A stretch of DNA of 64,000 nucleotides, taken from assembly GCA_021814165.1 (NCBI GenBank), contig JAKAIX010000002.1, forward strand, positions 5,371 through 69,370, in the 5' to 3' direction. Shown one piece after another: positions 20,935-30,540 of the stretch. A program made the position numbers and the translations under genes. The notes beneath the pieces are model-generated. The model was not told the origin of the DNA. It did no database searches and saw only the letters and a list, made by a program, of their open reading frames with translations. Origin of the DNA: a bacterium (GTDB taxonomy: Bacteria > Patescibacteriota > Minisyncoccia > UBA6257 > GWB1-50-10). Within the stretch, counting starts at the first letter, position 1. The number at the start of each line of letters is the position of its first letter.

Positions 20935-21036
20935 TTTGTTTTTTTTTATTAAGCGGTATCGTTCATTCTAGCGGATTGGTAAAAATATGAAAACGCGACA
21001 ATGATGGAAACTCAGAAAAAATTTTCTTGTTTGTCC

Positions 21037-21987
21037 TTACACTTTCGGCCAAAGAGCCGGATCTACCTGATAAGAATCGTCTATCGCGAGTTCGCGCAGC
21101 GCACGAAGCGCCGCTTCATCCAGGGGACCCGCTTCCACTGCCTCGGCAATCGATTCCAGATGCTCCGGTTGGTTTGTGCCGACGAGCACGGTCGCGATCG
21201 CATCATTCGATATTGCAAAACGAATCGCGAGCGAAGGAAGGTCAGTCCCCAGTTCGCGGGCGATACGTTCCGCCTCGTCCGCGTTCTCTTTGAGTAACGC
21301 AAGCTCGTCGGGCAATTTCTCCCGAAGAGGAGTGAGCGATCCCTTTAAAAACACGGAACGGTTCACGACGCCGATATTTTTTTCCTTCGCGAGCGGTAAG
21401 ACCCGATGAGTCATGCGTTGGTCAAGTATGCTGTGTGCAACTTGAATTACGTCGAAAAAGCCGCTTTCTACGGCGGCGAGAGCATTATCTTCTCCGCGAA
21501 GCGATATGCCGAAATATTCCACTTTTCTCTCGTTGCGAAATTTCTCGAGAATAGCGAGTATTTCTCCCCTCTCGATATCCTCTCTCGTGCCGCCGTGGAG
21601 ATAGAGGAGCGGCAGCGTTGAGAGGCCGAGCTTTGCCAAACTCTCTTCGATCTCGCTCCTCATACGCGCTTCCATCTCGCCAGGTGACAACTTCTCCCCT
21701 TTTTCCAGAAATTGGGCGCATTTCGTACCGACAAGAACTTTCCTATCGTTGAGGATTCCCGATTTCCCGATACGTTCCTCCGAGAGAGAGTAGGCGTGTG
21801 CGGTATCGAAATACGAAATGCCCATCCCTGCGGCGTATTGTAGGAGATTTCTTGCTTCTTCATCGGAAGGGAGATGCCGTTCTCCGATGCCGTAGGTGAA
21901 GCCGATTTCCGCTGTTCCAAGACCCAAAAGGGAGATGTTTCTTCCCGTATGACCGAGTGTCCGCTCCGGTATTTTGTTTTTACTCAT
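21037..21987 (-). CDS. Aldo/keto reductase
   Basis: LGLGT, FDTAHAY..SE..IG, TK, LYLH. Confidence 0.88.
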   Translation of the reverse strand: MSKNKIPERTLGHTGRNISLLGLGTAEIGFTYGIGERHLPSDEEARNLLQYAAGMGISYFDTAHAYSLSEERIGKSGILNDRKVLVGTKCAQFLEKGEKLSPGEMEARMRSEIEESLAKLGLSTLPLLYLHGGTREDIERGEILAILEKFRNERKVEYFGISLRGEDNALAAVESGFFDVIQVAHSILDQRMTHRVLPLAKEKNIGVVNRSVFLKGSLTPLREKLPDELALLKENADEAERIARELGTDLPSLAIRFAISNDAIATVLVGTNQPEHLESIAEAVEAGPLDEAALRALRELAIDDSYQVDPALWPKV

Positions 21988-22828
21988 GGAAATATTTTTT
22001 TATATACCGTTCCGTAAACTCCTTGTGCCTCATCACCGTCTCTCTCTCCTTCCCCTCTTCTCCTCGCGCGGACTGCAGGATAAATCCTCCCGCATATTTT
22101 TTTTCCTTGAGTCCGCGGAAGAGACCGTCGAAATCGGCATCTCCGGCCCCGAGCTCGACCGTAGATCCGCCCCGAATCCTGTCTTTTATATGCACGTTCG
22201 AGACAATATCTCCGTAAGCCATAATTTCATCGTAATTATTATAACCGAGTGACGCGCTGTTCCCTGAATCATAGACCACCTTTACACGCGGGCTCCGGGT
22301 GCGTTTCACGAGAGCAAGGAGTCGTTCCGCCGGCAAATCGGTTTCGAGCGCGAGAGTAATGTCTCTTTGTTCCGCCATTTCCAAACATTCTCCGAGAGAT
22401 TCCACGAATAATAATTCTTCTTCGGGGGTTCGTATGGAAGAGTTGTCGAGAAGAGGAATTTCAACGGTCTTCGCGCCTATCCGGCCAGCAACTTCAATCA
22501 ATCGATTCAATACGGCAACATTGGCGTTTCTCACCGGCTCGCTTACCCGGAAAAACGGACTGCGCATAAAATAGTCCGCGCAGATATGGCGGACCCACAC
22601 CCCGTGATGCTCCTGTAATCTTCTGATTTGTGAAACGCCTTCCGGGCTCCAGAGCGGGTTTCTCTCGTGCTGGTCTTCATCAAAAATGAATTCTATTTCA
22701 TCGAGCCCGAGTTCTTCCGCCGAAGCAAATTCACGCTCCCATTCCTCGAAGGGGAAAAATTGAATGCCGCGTCCCGCGGGGGGCACTAACCTCCCTTGCA
22801 TGATACCGATGGGAAATCTCTTTTCCAT
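21980..22828 (-). CDS. Sugar-phosphate isomerase/epimerase (xylose-isomerase-like TIM barrel)
   Basis: IGIMQGRL, LALETD, YDSGN, HIKD. Confidence 0.8.
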   Translation of the reverse strand: MEKRFPIGIMQGRLVPPAGRGIQFFPFEEWEREFASAEELGLDEIEFIFDEDQHERNPLWSPEGVSQIRRLQEHHGVWVRHICADYFMRSPFFRVSEPVRNANVAVLNRLIEVAGRIGAKTVEIPLLDNSSIRTPEEELLFVESLGECLEMAEQRDITLALETDLPAERLLALVKRTRSPRVKVVYDSGNSASLGYNNYDEIMAYGDIVSNVHIKDRIRGGSTVELGAGDADFDGLFRGLKEKKYAGGFILQSARGEEGKERETVMRHKEFTERYIKKYFHE

Positions 22829-22833
22829 GCGAT

Positions 22834-23670
22834 CTACCAACACGTCCTTCCTCCGTCTATCACGAGCGTCGCTCCCGTCATGTATGAAGAGGCGTCAGAG
22901 ACAAGAAACAGGACTGCGGCTTTATACTCGTCCTCTTCAGCCATTCGTCCAAGAGGAATGAGGTTTGAAAGTTTCTGCACGAATATCTCGTCGTGATCGC
23001 GATAAACGCCTCCGGGTGCGATGGCATTCACCCGAACTCCGTGTTTTGCCCAGTAGGTCGCACAATACTTCGTAAGACCGATAATTCCGTGTTTCTCGAC
23101 GGAGTAGGTCACGGGTTTCACCGGCTGCTCGTTCTCGGGTATGTTTTCCCGTGCGTAGATTCGTTGGTCCGGCGCAATGACTCCCAAATCCGAAGCAACA
23201 TTCAGAACAACGCCCTTCCCGGCAGAAGCCATATAACCGCCGAACACCTGGCTTGAGAGGAACGCACCCTTGAGTCCGATACGAAGGGACTCTTCCCATT
23301 CGGTTTCATCGAAATATTCGAAACGAGACGCGACCTTCCCTCCTTCTTGGGAAGACGGGTTCGGATTGCGCGCGGCGGCATTAATGAGAATATCGATGCG
23401 GCCGTATCGCTTTATAATTTCTTCCTTCACACTTTCCAACTCCTTCTTAACGGAGACATCAACTTTTGACCAAAACACTTCCCTTCCGTATGTCTTTTTG
23501 AGCGCTTCGGCAACTTCACATAAACTCTTTTCATTCACGTCGAGAAGTACGGGGATTCCTCCCGCATCGAGCGCCGCTTCAGCAAAACCTCTCCCGAGAA
23601 ATCCTGCGCCGCCGGTAATGACGCATACCCTTCCTTCAATCGAGAATTTTTTAAGCGTGTCCTCTTGCAT
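22834..23670 (-). CDS. Short-chain dehydrogenase/reductase
   Basis: TGGAGFLG, IDILINAA, YSVEK, RVN..APGG, DGG. Confidence 0.9.
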   Translation of the reverse strand: MQEDTLKKFSIEGRVCVITGGAGFLGRGFAEAALDAGGIPVLLDVNEKSLCEVAEALKKTYGREVFWSKVDVSVKKELESVKEEIIKRYGRIDILINAAARNPNPSSQEGGKVASRFEYFDETEWEESLRIGLKGAFLSSQVFGGYMASAGKGVVLNVASDLGVIAPDQRIYARENIPENEQPVKPVTYSVEKHGIIGLTKYCATYWAKHGVRVNAIAPGGVYRDHDEIFVQKLSNLIPLGRMAEEDEYKAAVLFLVSDASSYMTGATLVIDGGRTCW

Positions 23671-23748
23671 ACCAAGAGTATATTACAACAAATACCCCGG
23701 TACAACCGGTTTGAAGTCGATCGGAAAAAACAGTATTATAACGACATA

Positions 23749-25020
23749 ATGAGAGTACACACGCCTTATCGGGAAATTCGCGAGGATTTTTCTCTCGAGC
23801 GCAACGAACTCTATCAAAAGATCAGCGAGATGGAACCCAATGCGGTCGCGAATACTATTCCCCTCACGTGGGCGAAGGCAAAAGATTTCTCCGTCTTTGA
23901 CGAGAAAGGAAACAAATGGATTGATCTCACGTCCGGAATTTTTGTGACGAACGCAGGACACGCGAATCCGCTCATAAAAGACGCAATAAAACGCCAAGTG
24001 GATTCAGATCTTATCTTCTCCTACAACTATCCGACCGAGATAAAATATCAGTTCATTTCAAAACTTCTCTCAATTTCTCCGCCGTACTTCGACAAGACGA
24101 TCCTTCTTATGTCCGGGTCCGAGGCAGTTGATGCCGGCTACAAACTCATAAAATTCTGGGGCGCAAAACACGGAAAAAAATATATCGTCGCGTTCGGAGG
24201 GGCATATCACGGGAGAGGATTAAGCAACGATCTTGTCTCCGGAAGCAAGAACAAAGCGGAATGGTCGAGGGTAAAGGACGAAGAAGTTATATTTCTTGAC
24301 TTCCCGTATGAGGAAACCGATTCATTCGATCCCTCAAAACTTCCTCCCGCCGATCAAATTGCCGGGTTCGTCTTTGAGACGTTCCAAGGATGGGGTGCGT
24401 GGTTTTATCCGGATCGTTTCATTAAGGACGCGCATGCGTTTGCAAAAAAGCACGGGGCGCTTGTCATGTTTGACGACATGCAGGGAGGATTTTATCGCCT
24501 GGGACCGTTATACGGCTACATGACGTACGGGGAGGAAATCAAGCCCGATATCCTTTGTCTCGGCAAAGGAATTACCTCCTCGCTTCCCCTCTCGGCGGTC
24601 TTAAGCAGGAAAGAGATTGTGGATTTCGATGAAAAGGCAGACCTTCACGGCACGCAATCGGCGAATCCGGTATGTTGCGCCGCGGCGTTAGCTGATATTG
24701 AATTTTTGAGTGATGAGAAACGCAAAAAGGAACGGGAGAAACCAATGGAACTTTTCGAGCGCGAATCAAAAAAATTGACCGAATTCCCCATCGTCAAAAA
24801 GGTAAACGCGCGCGGCATGATTGCGGGAATAATTTTTGAAAACACGGAACCGGCTACCGAGATTGTGAAACGGTGCATCATGAACGGAGTGCTTCCCGTC
24901 TGCACAAACCGAAATTCGATCAAGCTCGCTCCTCCGCTTACCATACCCGAGGACGCGATTCTTGAGGCCTTCGGTGTGATTCGTGACGCGATTATCGAGG
25001 TACAAAAAACCGCTCGTTAA
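23749..25020 (+). CDS. Class III PLP-dependent aminotransferase
   Basis: D..G.KWIDL.SG, SGSEA, YHG, DDMQGG.YR.G, PDILCLGKG; TATAAC 6 nt before the ATG. Confidence 0.88.
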   Translation: MRVHTPYREIREDFSLERNELYQKISEMEPNAVANTIPLTWAKAKDFSVFDEKGNKWIDLTSGIFVTNAGHANPLIKDAIKRQVDSDLIFSYNYPTEIKYQFISKLLSISPPYFDKTILLMSGSEAVDAGYKLIKFWGAKHGKKYIVAFGGAYHGRGLSNDLVSGSKNKAEWSRVKDEEVIFLDFPYEETDSFDPSKLPPADQIAGFVFETFQGWGAWFYPDRFIKDAHAFAKKHGALVMFDDMQGGFYRLGPLYGYMTYGEEIKPDILCLGKGITSSLPLSAVLSRKEIVDFDEKADLHGTQSANPVCCAAALADIEFLSDEKRKKEREKPMELFERESKKLTEFPIVKKVNARGMIAGIIFENTEPATEIVKRCIMNGVLPVCTNRNSIKLAPPLTIPEDAILEAFGVIRDAIIEVQKTAR

Positions 25021-25033
25021 CGGGCGGTTTTTT
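25004..25033. terminator. Bidirectional intrinsic terminator between convergent genes
   Basis: A6-CCGCTCG-TTAA-CGGGCGG-T6. Confidence 0.75.
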
Positions 25034-25781
25034 ATTGGGAAAAGTTTTTCCGGAGAAACTCGTAGATCTCGAAGTTTCCGCTTTTGAGTTTATGAGCGAT
25101 GAAATCGAGATCCTCAATCTTGTCGAGTTCTCCGGTATCGGGCGATACGAACGCGAGAATCTTGTCGCCGTGCAGACGATCTGTTTTCAAGATAAACTCC
25201 GTTTTCAATATATCGACGTACCCGTCCGGCTGGTACACCGGAGGAAACGATTGACGCGGGAGATTGTAGTATTCGGGCCGCGGATCGTTCGGAAACAACC
25301 CCACAAAGAAACCGTTCTCGATTCCGAAAAGTTTATAAGGCGATTCCCGTATCTCGTGCCCCGATCTTAAAGAGGTGGCTTCCTCATTCTTAATCATCTC
25401 TTCTATCGCCCTGTCGACGAGTTTCGGATCGCGAAGCGGAGTTGTGGGACGAAGATGCACGAGATAATCGGGTGTCTTTCCTTCGCGCTCTTCAAACCAC
25501 TTGAGCGCATGCCGGATAAAATCAATGTCGCCCGAAGCATCGGCCGCGAATTCGGCAGGGCGCAAAAAAGGAACTTCCGCCCCGTACTTTTTTGCCGTTT
25601 CCGCTATCTCCTCGCTGTCGGTGCTCACGACAACTCTGTCGATGTTATGTGAGAGCTTCGCTGCCGCGATCGAGAATGCAATCAAAGGAAATCCTCCGAG
25701 ATCGACGATGTTTTTTTTAGGGATTCCCTTCGATCCCCCCCTCGCCGGAATAACCGCGAAAACCGTTTTGTCGTTCAACAT
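25032..25781 (-). CDS. neuA: Acylneuraminate cytidylyltransferase family
   Basis: IPARGGSKGIP.KN, VSTD, LRPTTPLR, PRQ. Confidence 0.9.
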   Translation of the reverse strand: MLNDKTVFAVIPARGGSKGIPKKNIVDLGGFPLIAFSIAAAKLSHNIDRVVVSTDSEEIAETAKKYGAEVPFLRPAEFAADASGDIDFIRHALKWFEEREGKTPDYLVHLRPTTPLRDPKLVDRAIEEMIKNEEATSLRSGHEIRESPYKLFGIENGFFVGLFPNDPRPEYYNLPRQSFPPVYQPDGYVDILKTEFILKTDRLHGDKILAFVSPDTGELDKIEDLDFIAHKLKSGNFEIYEFLRKNFSQ

Positions 25782-25788
25782 ATTTCTT

Positions 25789-26277
25789 TTACGCGGTTTT
25801 ACGCCGTTTCCGTCCGCTTTTTTCCATTGAAAATCCCGCCTTTCGCAGCGACTCCGTCACATAAGGGTGGAGTCCCGGAGGAATTTTGGTAAACCACCTG
25901 AATGCATCGTGAAAATCTTCGTTCGCGCGCGGAACGGTCCTGCTCGGTACGCTCACCAGATAGACGGTGCCTATCGTATGGGACGGCGGCCCCTGAAAAC
26001 TATTTTTGAACATCGTCTCCGAGCTCCACAGTTCTTTTTCCACTTTTACCCGGGAGAACCCGGTTTCTTCCCTGACCTTTCGTACAACCGCTTTTTCCCG
26101 AGTCTCGCCTTTTACTATTCGTCCCCCCACAAGCCACCATTTTCCCTTGTCCGGCTCGCGGGTACGCTTTCCGAGAAGGAATGCTTTTCTGTTCACGATC
26201 ACCGCGTCGGCGCACGGGACGGGCATTACCGCAAGAATCTTTCTGTAGAGGGACTCGGGAATAAATTCGTTCTTCAT
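25789..26277 (-). CDS. NUDIX hydrolase (GDP-mannose mannosyl hydrolase-like)
   Basis: KR..EP.KG.WW..GGRI.KGE......RK..EETG. Confidence 0.8.
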   Translation of the reverse strand: MKNEFIPESLYRKILAVMPVPCADAVIVNRKAFLLGKRTREPDKGKWWLVGGRIVKGETREKAVVRKVREETGFSRVKVEKELWSSETMFKNSFQGPPSHTIGTVYLVSVPSRTVPRANEDFHDAFRWFTKIPPGLHPYVTESLRKAGFSMEKSGRKRRKTA

Positions 26278-26291
26278 ATATATTAAAGGCC

Positions 26292-27338
26292 TCACGCCGA
26301 AAAACCGAGCTCTTTCAGGATTTCTTTCAAGCGCGCCTGGTATGTGTGTTCGCGAAGCGACCGTTCATAGCCCGCCTTCGCTATCCGATTCCGTTCGTCC
26401 TCGTGTTCCAGATAGTAGTGAATCTTTTCGATGAGGTCGCGCGTATTTTCGTAAAGTACGATTTCTTTGCCCGAGGCGAAGTAATTCTCCATGTCGTCCG
26501 CTCTCCCGGTGATACAAAAGCCGCCGCACCCGGTTATTTCGAACGGCCGGGCTTTGATCTGCGGAATGCGTTTGTAGAAAAACGAGCGAAGGTTACGGAA
26601 AGAGTGAAAAAAATCCGGAACAATCCAATTTCGACGACGACGGAAAAATATCTGAGCGAGCGGTTTCAAGGCGAATGCGGACATCGGCGGATTCAGATTC
26701 AGATTGACCTTACTGCGAGAGATGATCTCCAGCATCTCCTGAAAGCTTGCCCTGCCCTCCGGCCATCCGAGACCCCGCACAAACACCGGAATACCGGCCG
26801 CGCGGAGTTCGCCGATAATCTTCTCGCGATGGGGCGTTTTCATGCCGATGAAGGATACCGCGATATCTTGTTTCGGGACGACAACGGGGCGATACACGCC
26901 CGGATTGAATCCCCATTGAGATCGAATGACATTTGTAATGCCGAATCTCGCGTAACACCCCGGCGCTTTCGACCATGTCGTAATGATTTTCGTAAAATGC
27001 GGCGCGTAAAAACGCGAATAGTTGTCCAACCGCCAGTGGTCATCGGAAAACCACGCGGTACTTACCGTGAGTTTTTTTACTTCATCGAGCGTCTCACGGG
27101 TAAGTTCATCGGTGTACATGAATGCAAAGAACAAGTCCGGTTTTTCACGGCGCACGGTCTCCACAATTTCCTGATTGTATCCCCTCCTTCCGACAGTAAG
27201 CACCCGATCGAACGGAACGAAGGATACCTCGTTCTTCGGATCGGCCTTGAGAAGGAGATAAAAATTGTTATACTCGTTCGTCTTGCCAAGTTCCTTGCGA
27301 TAACGCTCGTTTTCCAAACCGGTAAAAACTATCTTCAT
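26292..27338 (-). CDS. Glycosyltransferase (CgeB-like)
   Basis: SKVNLN, KARPFEI.GCGGF, YYL.H..ER..IA.AG....HTY..R. Confidence 0.8.
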   Translation of the reverse strand: MKIVFTGLENERYRKELGKTNEYNNFYLLLKADPKNEVSFVPFDRVLTVGRRGYNQEIVETVRREKPDLFFAFMYTDELTRETLDEVKKLTVSTAWFSDDHWRLDNYSRFYAPHFTKIITTWSKAPGCYARFGITNVIRSQWGFNPGVYRPVVVPKQDIAVSFIGMKTPHREKIIGELRAAGIPVFVRGLGWPEGRASFQEMLEIISRSKVNLNLNPPMSAFALKPLAQIFFRRRRNWIVPDFFHSFRNLRSFFYKRIPQIKARPFEITGCGGFCITGRADDMENYFASGKEIVLYENTRDLIEKIHYYLEHEDERNRIAKAGYERSLREHTYQARLKEILKELGFSA

Positions 27339-28333
27339 TTCGTTTGCTTCGTTCGAAGGCCTTTCACCTGCTGTTCCACCCATCGATACGTTTTCTCCAA
27401 ACCGTATCGAAGCGGTTTAGACGGGGCCCAATTCAAATAGCGCCTCAAAAGCTCGTTGTCCGAATTCCGACCGCGAACTCCGAGCGGGCCTTCTATATGC
27501 CGTACGTGTATCCGTTTTCCGGCAATGTCGGCAACGAGATCGACTAACTGGTTGATGCTCACCATCTCCTCGGAACCGATATTCACCGGCCCGCGGAAAT
27601 TCGGATGTCTCACGAGACGGGAAACGCCTTCAAGGCACTCGTCGATATAGAGGAACGATCTTGTCTGGGTTCCGTCACCCCAAATTTCAATGGTCCCGCC
27701 GTCCTTTGCCTCCGCAACCTTCCGGCATATTGCCGCCGGAGCTTTTTCTCTTCCTCCGGTCCATGATCCTTCGGGACCGAAAATATTATGGAAGCGGGCG
27801 ATCCTCACGTCCAAACCGTAGTTCCGATTGAAAGCAAGATACGCCCGTTCGCTGAAAAGCTTTTCCCAACCATACTCGCTGTCCGGATTTGCGGGATATG
27901 CCGTGTACTCGGCGCAATTCGGGTTCTCCGGATTTTCTTGATTGTGCTTCGGGTAGATGCACGCGGACGAGGAATAAAATATCTTACCGACTTTCCTCTC
28001 GCGGGCGAGGGTTAACAAATTCAGGTTGATGAGGGCGGAATTATGCATGATGTGCGCATCATTATCGCCGGTGAATACATATCCCGCGCCTCCCATGTCG
28101 GCGGCGAGCTGGTACACCTCATCGAACGGGCGATCGAGAATTTCCTCCCACACGCGCGGATTCCGCAAGTCGCCGACCACGAAGTCATCCGCGGCGGTAG
28201 GACCGAATTCCGGATATTTCAGGTCGACTCCGCGAACCCAAAATCCTTCCTGCTTCAACCGCTTCACCAGATGGCTTCCGATAAAGCCCCCGGCGCCGCA
28301 TACCAGAGATGTTTTTTGTTTTTTATTGCTCAT
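27335..28333 (-). CDS. NAD-dependent epimerase, GDP-mannose 3,5-epimerase-like
   Basis: LAADMGG.G, SSAC.YP, YGWEKLFSE, RFHNIFGP.G.W.GGREKAPAA.CRK, GVRGRNSDN. Confidence 0.88.
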   Translation of the reverse strand: MSNKKQKTSLVCGAGGFIGSHLVKRLKQEGFWVRGVDLKYPEFGPTAADDFVVGDLRNPRVWEEILDRPFDEVYQLAADMGGAGYVFTGDNDAHIMHNSALINLNLLTLARERKVGKIFYSSSACIYPKHNQENPENPNCAEYTAYPANPDSEYGWEKLFSERAYLAFNRNYGLDVRIARFHNIFGPEGSWTGGREKAPAAICRKVAEAKDGGTIEIWGDGTQTRSFLYIDECLEGVSRLVRHPNFRGPVNIGSEEMVSINQLVDLVADIAGKRIHVRHIEGPLGVRGRNSDNELLRRYLNWAPSKPLRYGLEKTYRWVEQQVKGLRTKQTK

Positions 28334-28357
28334 TGCCCCACCGTTTGCATCGTTTGT

Positions 28358-28966
28358 TTACGCCGACGATAATGCACTCATTGCTTCTTGCATCTTCTTA
28401 TCACCGGGCCAGATGGAGAGTATTTTTTCCGCTGTTGCGCGCGCATTGTCCTTTTCCCCCGCATTCACATAGAGTTGGAAGAGACCGTAGAGGAACTGGG
28501 GACGATTCGGGCTTAAGACGAGCCCTTTTTGGAACAATGCGAGCGCCATGTCGTAGTCCCGCTTCTCCTTGTAGTTCGCAAAATTCGTCGCGTGGATGCT
28601 TCCGAGTATCACGATTTCCTGCACAAAATTCGAACTCTCGTTCTCTGACTTTGCTACGCGGGAAATCGAATCGGCATATGCGACAAGCGCATCGGCAACT
28701 TGTTGCGGAGGCTTCTGCGCAACGATGCCCCCGATCTGGTTTTCCAGAAACCGTATGTCTTCAGCTTGCCCCACGGGAGAAGCAAAATCAAGCGCTCTGT
28801 TGAATATGTCCATATAACTCGCGACGCTCGTTGCGCTGCTCGATTGACGCATCGCCTGGATAAAGAGCTGGGATTTCCGGAAAGGGAGAATAGCGCCGTA
28901 GATAAACGAGAGGAAAGCGAGGATGATTCCTACGGGAGCTACAATATTTTTTATAATCTTATCCAT
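28358..28966 (-). CDS. Membrane-anchored TPR-like protein, homologous to the C-terminal part of 30541..33051
   Basis: N-terminal TM helix; ALDFASP..AEDIR and GLVLSPNRPQ align with ALAAGTP.RDDIR and ALELSPNRQQ. Confidence 0.7.
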   Translation of the reverse strand: MDKIIKNIVAPVGIILAFLSFIYGAILPFRKSQLFIQAMRQSSSATSVASYMDIFNRALDFASPVGQAEDIRFLENQIGGIVAQKPPQQVADALVAYADSISRVAKSENESSNFVQEIVILGSIHATNFANYKEKRDYDMALALFQKGLVLSPNRPQFLYGLFQLYVNAGEKDNARATAEKILSIWPGDKKMQEAMSALSSA

Positions 28967-28969
28967 TGT

Positions 28970-29062
28970 AATTACCAATTTTTCAATTTCCAATGATCAA
29001 TTAATTTTAAAATCGTTCAATTGAATTATTCATTGAAAATTGGAAATTGGTCATTGAAAATT
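28970..29062. repeat. ~92-bp AT-rich heptamer-periodic hairpin element, copy 1
   Basis: TTTTCAATTTCCAATGATCAATT...GAAAATTGGAAATTGGTCATTGAAAATT. Confidence 0.85.
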
Positions 29063-30420
29063 TATATCTCTTTCTTTTGCTTTTGTTCTCTGACTTCGAT
29101 AAACAGATAGGTGGCAAACCCAAGGAACAAAAATACGTTCAGATAGATCGGCAGCACGTCAAAAAGCGCGACTCCCTGCCCCAGATATCCCATGGGAATT
29201 GCGAGGAGGAGCGCAACGAAGAGATAACCATACGGATGAAGATGCGCGACGATGCTCCGCCGATGCTTCACCAGCTGCGAGAAAAACACCACAAAGATTC
29301 CCAGAAAGCTCAGGAGCCCCAAAATGCCCGTCTCCGCGAGATAATCAAAATACACGCTGTGCGCTCTATCAAACCACGTCTCGGAATGCTGGTCCGGAAC
29401 GAAGTGCCGCGTGTCGAGATATTTGTCAAAAACGACGCCGAAGTTTTCCGGCCCCCATCCCAAAAGCGGGCGTTCTTCCCAGCCCTTTATCGCCGACCCC
29501 CACGTCCAAAGACGGGTCTGCGCGGTTTTATCCGAGGTCGATACGTCAAGGAGACGGCTTGAGGATTCGCAGAAAGGGACGAGCGGAATACTCTCGTGAC
29601 GGAACGTGAAAGCGAGCGCCGCGAATACGATGCAGATCCCGGCGAGCGCAACCGAAATTTTCTTCCCTTTCCCTTGGGGAAGCGCAAACGCGAGATAAAG
29701 GAGCGCCGCGATAATACCGAGGCCGAACCCCAAGAGCGCGCCGCGCGTTTGAGAAAGAAGGAAAAATAACAAAAGGACGACAAGAAGCGCGGCGAAGAAC
29801 ACGTTTCTTTTCCCGTTCGATTTTTTTGAAAACCACAGCCACGACGCGTAAAACATCATGAACATAAGGTAGGGCGCAAGGTACGCCGGATTGCCGAACG
29901 ATCCGGCAATCCGGTCGCAAAATCCCGCGGGACCGATGAACGAGTTGATTCCGAGCGACGCGGCAATCCCGTAAAGAATCACCAACCCCGATGCGGCGAG
30001 CGAGAGCGTAAAAACCCATTTCCATTCCGCTCTGCTGCGAAACAGAAGCAACAAGAGCAGGAAGAAAACGTAGAAATGGAGCATCTGAAGCCCCCCGTCA
30101 CCGCGCTCGAAGTTCGACCAGAATGCCGCACCCGAGTCATAGGCGAAAAGCGACGCAAGAAGGAATACCAGCACGAAAGCGGAGACCGCAATAAACAGCG
30201 GGTGGCGGAATATCTGTTTTGCGCGCACCTTGAGCGTCTCCCACTCTCCCTTTGAAAAAATAACTCCCAGAAGGAATGAAATAAGCGCGAGATCGACGAT
30301 ACCGCGGAAGAACACGTACTTCCCCACCACAAAGGGGAAGAGCGTCGAGTTGGTAACGAGCGCAACACAGAATACGGAGATATAGAGAAGAATGCGAGAG
30401 AGTTTGAAGTAGTTAAACAT
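29062..30420 (-). CDS. O-antigen ligase (WaaL/Wzy_C) family membrane protein
   Basis: Many TM segments; FGNPAY, SQTRGA, R...W..A....PL.GWG..NF, DRAHS. Confidence 0.85.
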   Translation of the reverse strand: MFNYFKLSRILLYISVFCVALVTNSTLFPFVVGKYVFFRGIVDLALISFLLGVIFSKGEWETLKVRAKQIFRHPLFIAVSAFVLVFLLASLFAYDSGAAFWSNFERGDGGLQMLHFYVFFLLLLLLFRSRAEWKWVFTLSLAASGLVILYGIAASLGINSFIGPAGFCDRIAGSFGNPAYLAPYLMFMMFYASWLWFSKKSNGKRNVFFAALLVVLLLFFLLSQTRGALLGFGLGIIAALLYLAFALPQGKGKKISVALAGICIVFAALAFTFRHESIPLVPFCESSSRLLDVSTSDKTAQTRLWTWGSAIKGWEERPLLGWGPENFGVVFDKYLDTRHFVPDQHSETWFDRAHSVYFDYLAETGILGLLSFLGIFVVFFSQLVKHRRSIVAHLHPYGYLFVALLLAIPMGYLGQGVALFDVLPIYLNVFLFLGFATYLFIEVREQKQKKEI

Positions 30421-30427
30421 AACAGTG

Positions 30428-30519
30428 AATTATCAATTTTCAATTTCCAATGATCAATTGATTTTAAAATTATTTAATTGAATCATTTATCGAAAATTGG
30501 AAATTGGCCATTGAAAATT
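30428..30519. repeat. ~92-bp heptamer-periodic hairpin element, copy 2
   Basis: Arms nearly identical to copy 1. Confidence 0.85.
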
Positions 30520-30540
30520 TATACTCCTTTCCATTATACC

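Noticed and set aside
23671-25033. Invertible (phase-variable) segment around the oppositely oriented aminotransferase
   Set aside because: No flanking inverted repeats or recombinase were seen, and the gene has its own promoter and terminator.
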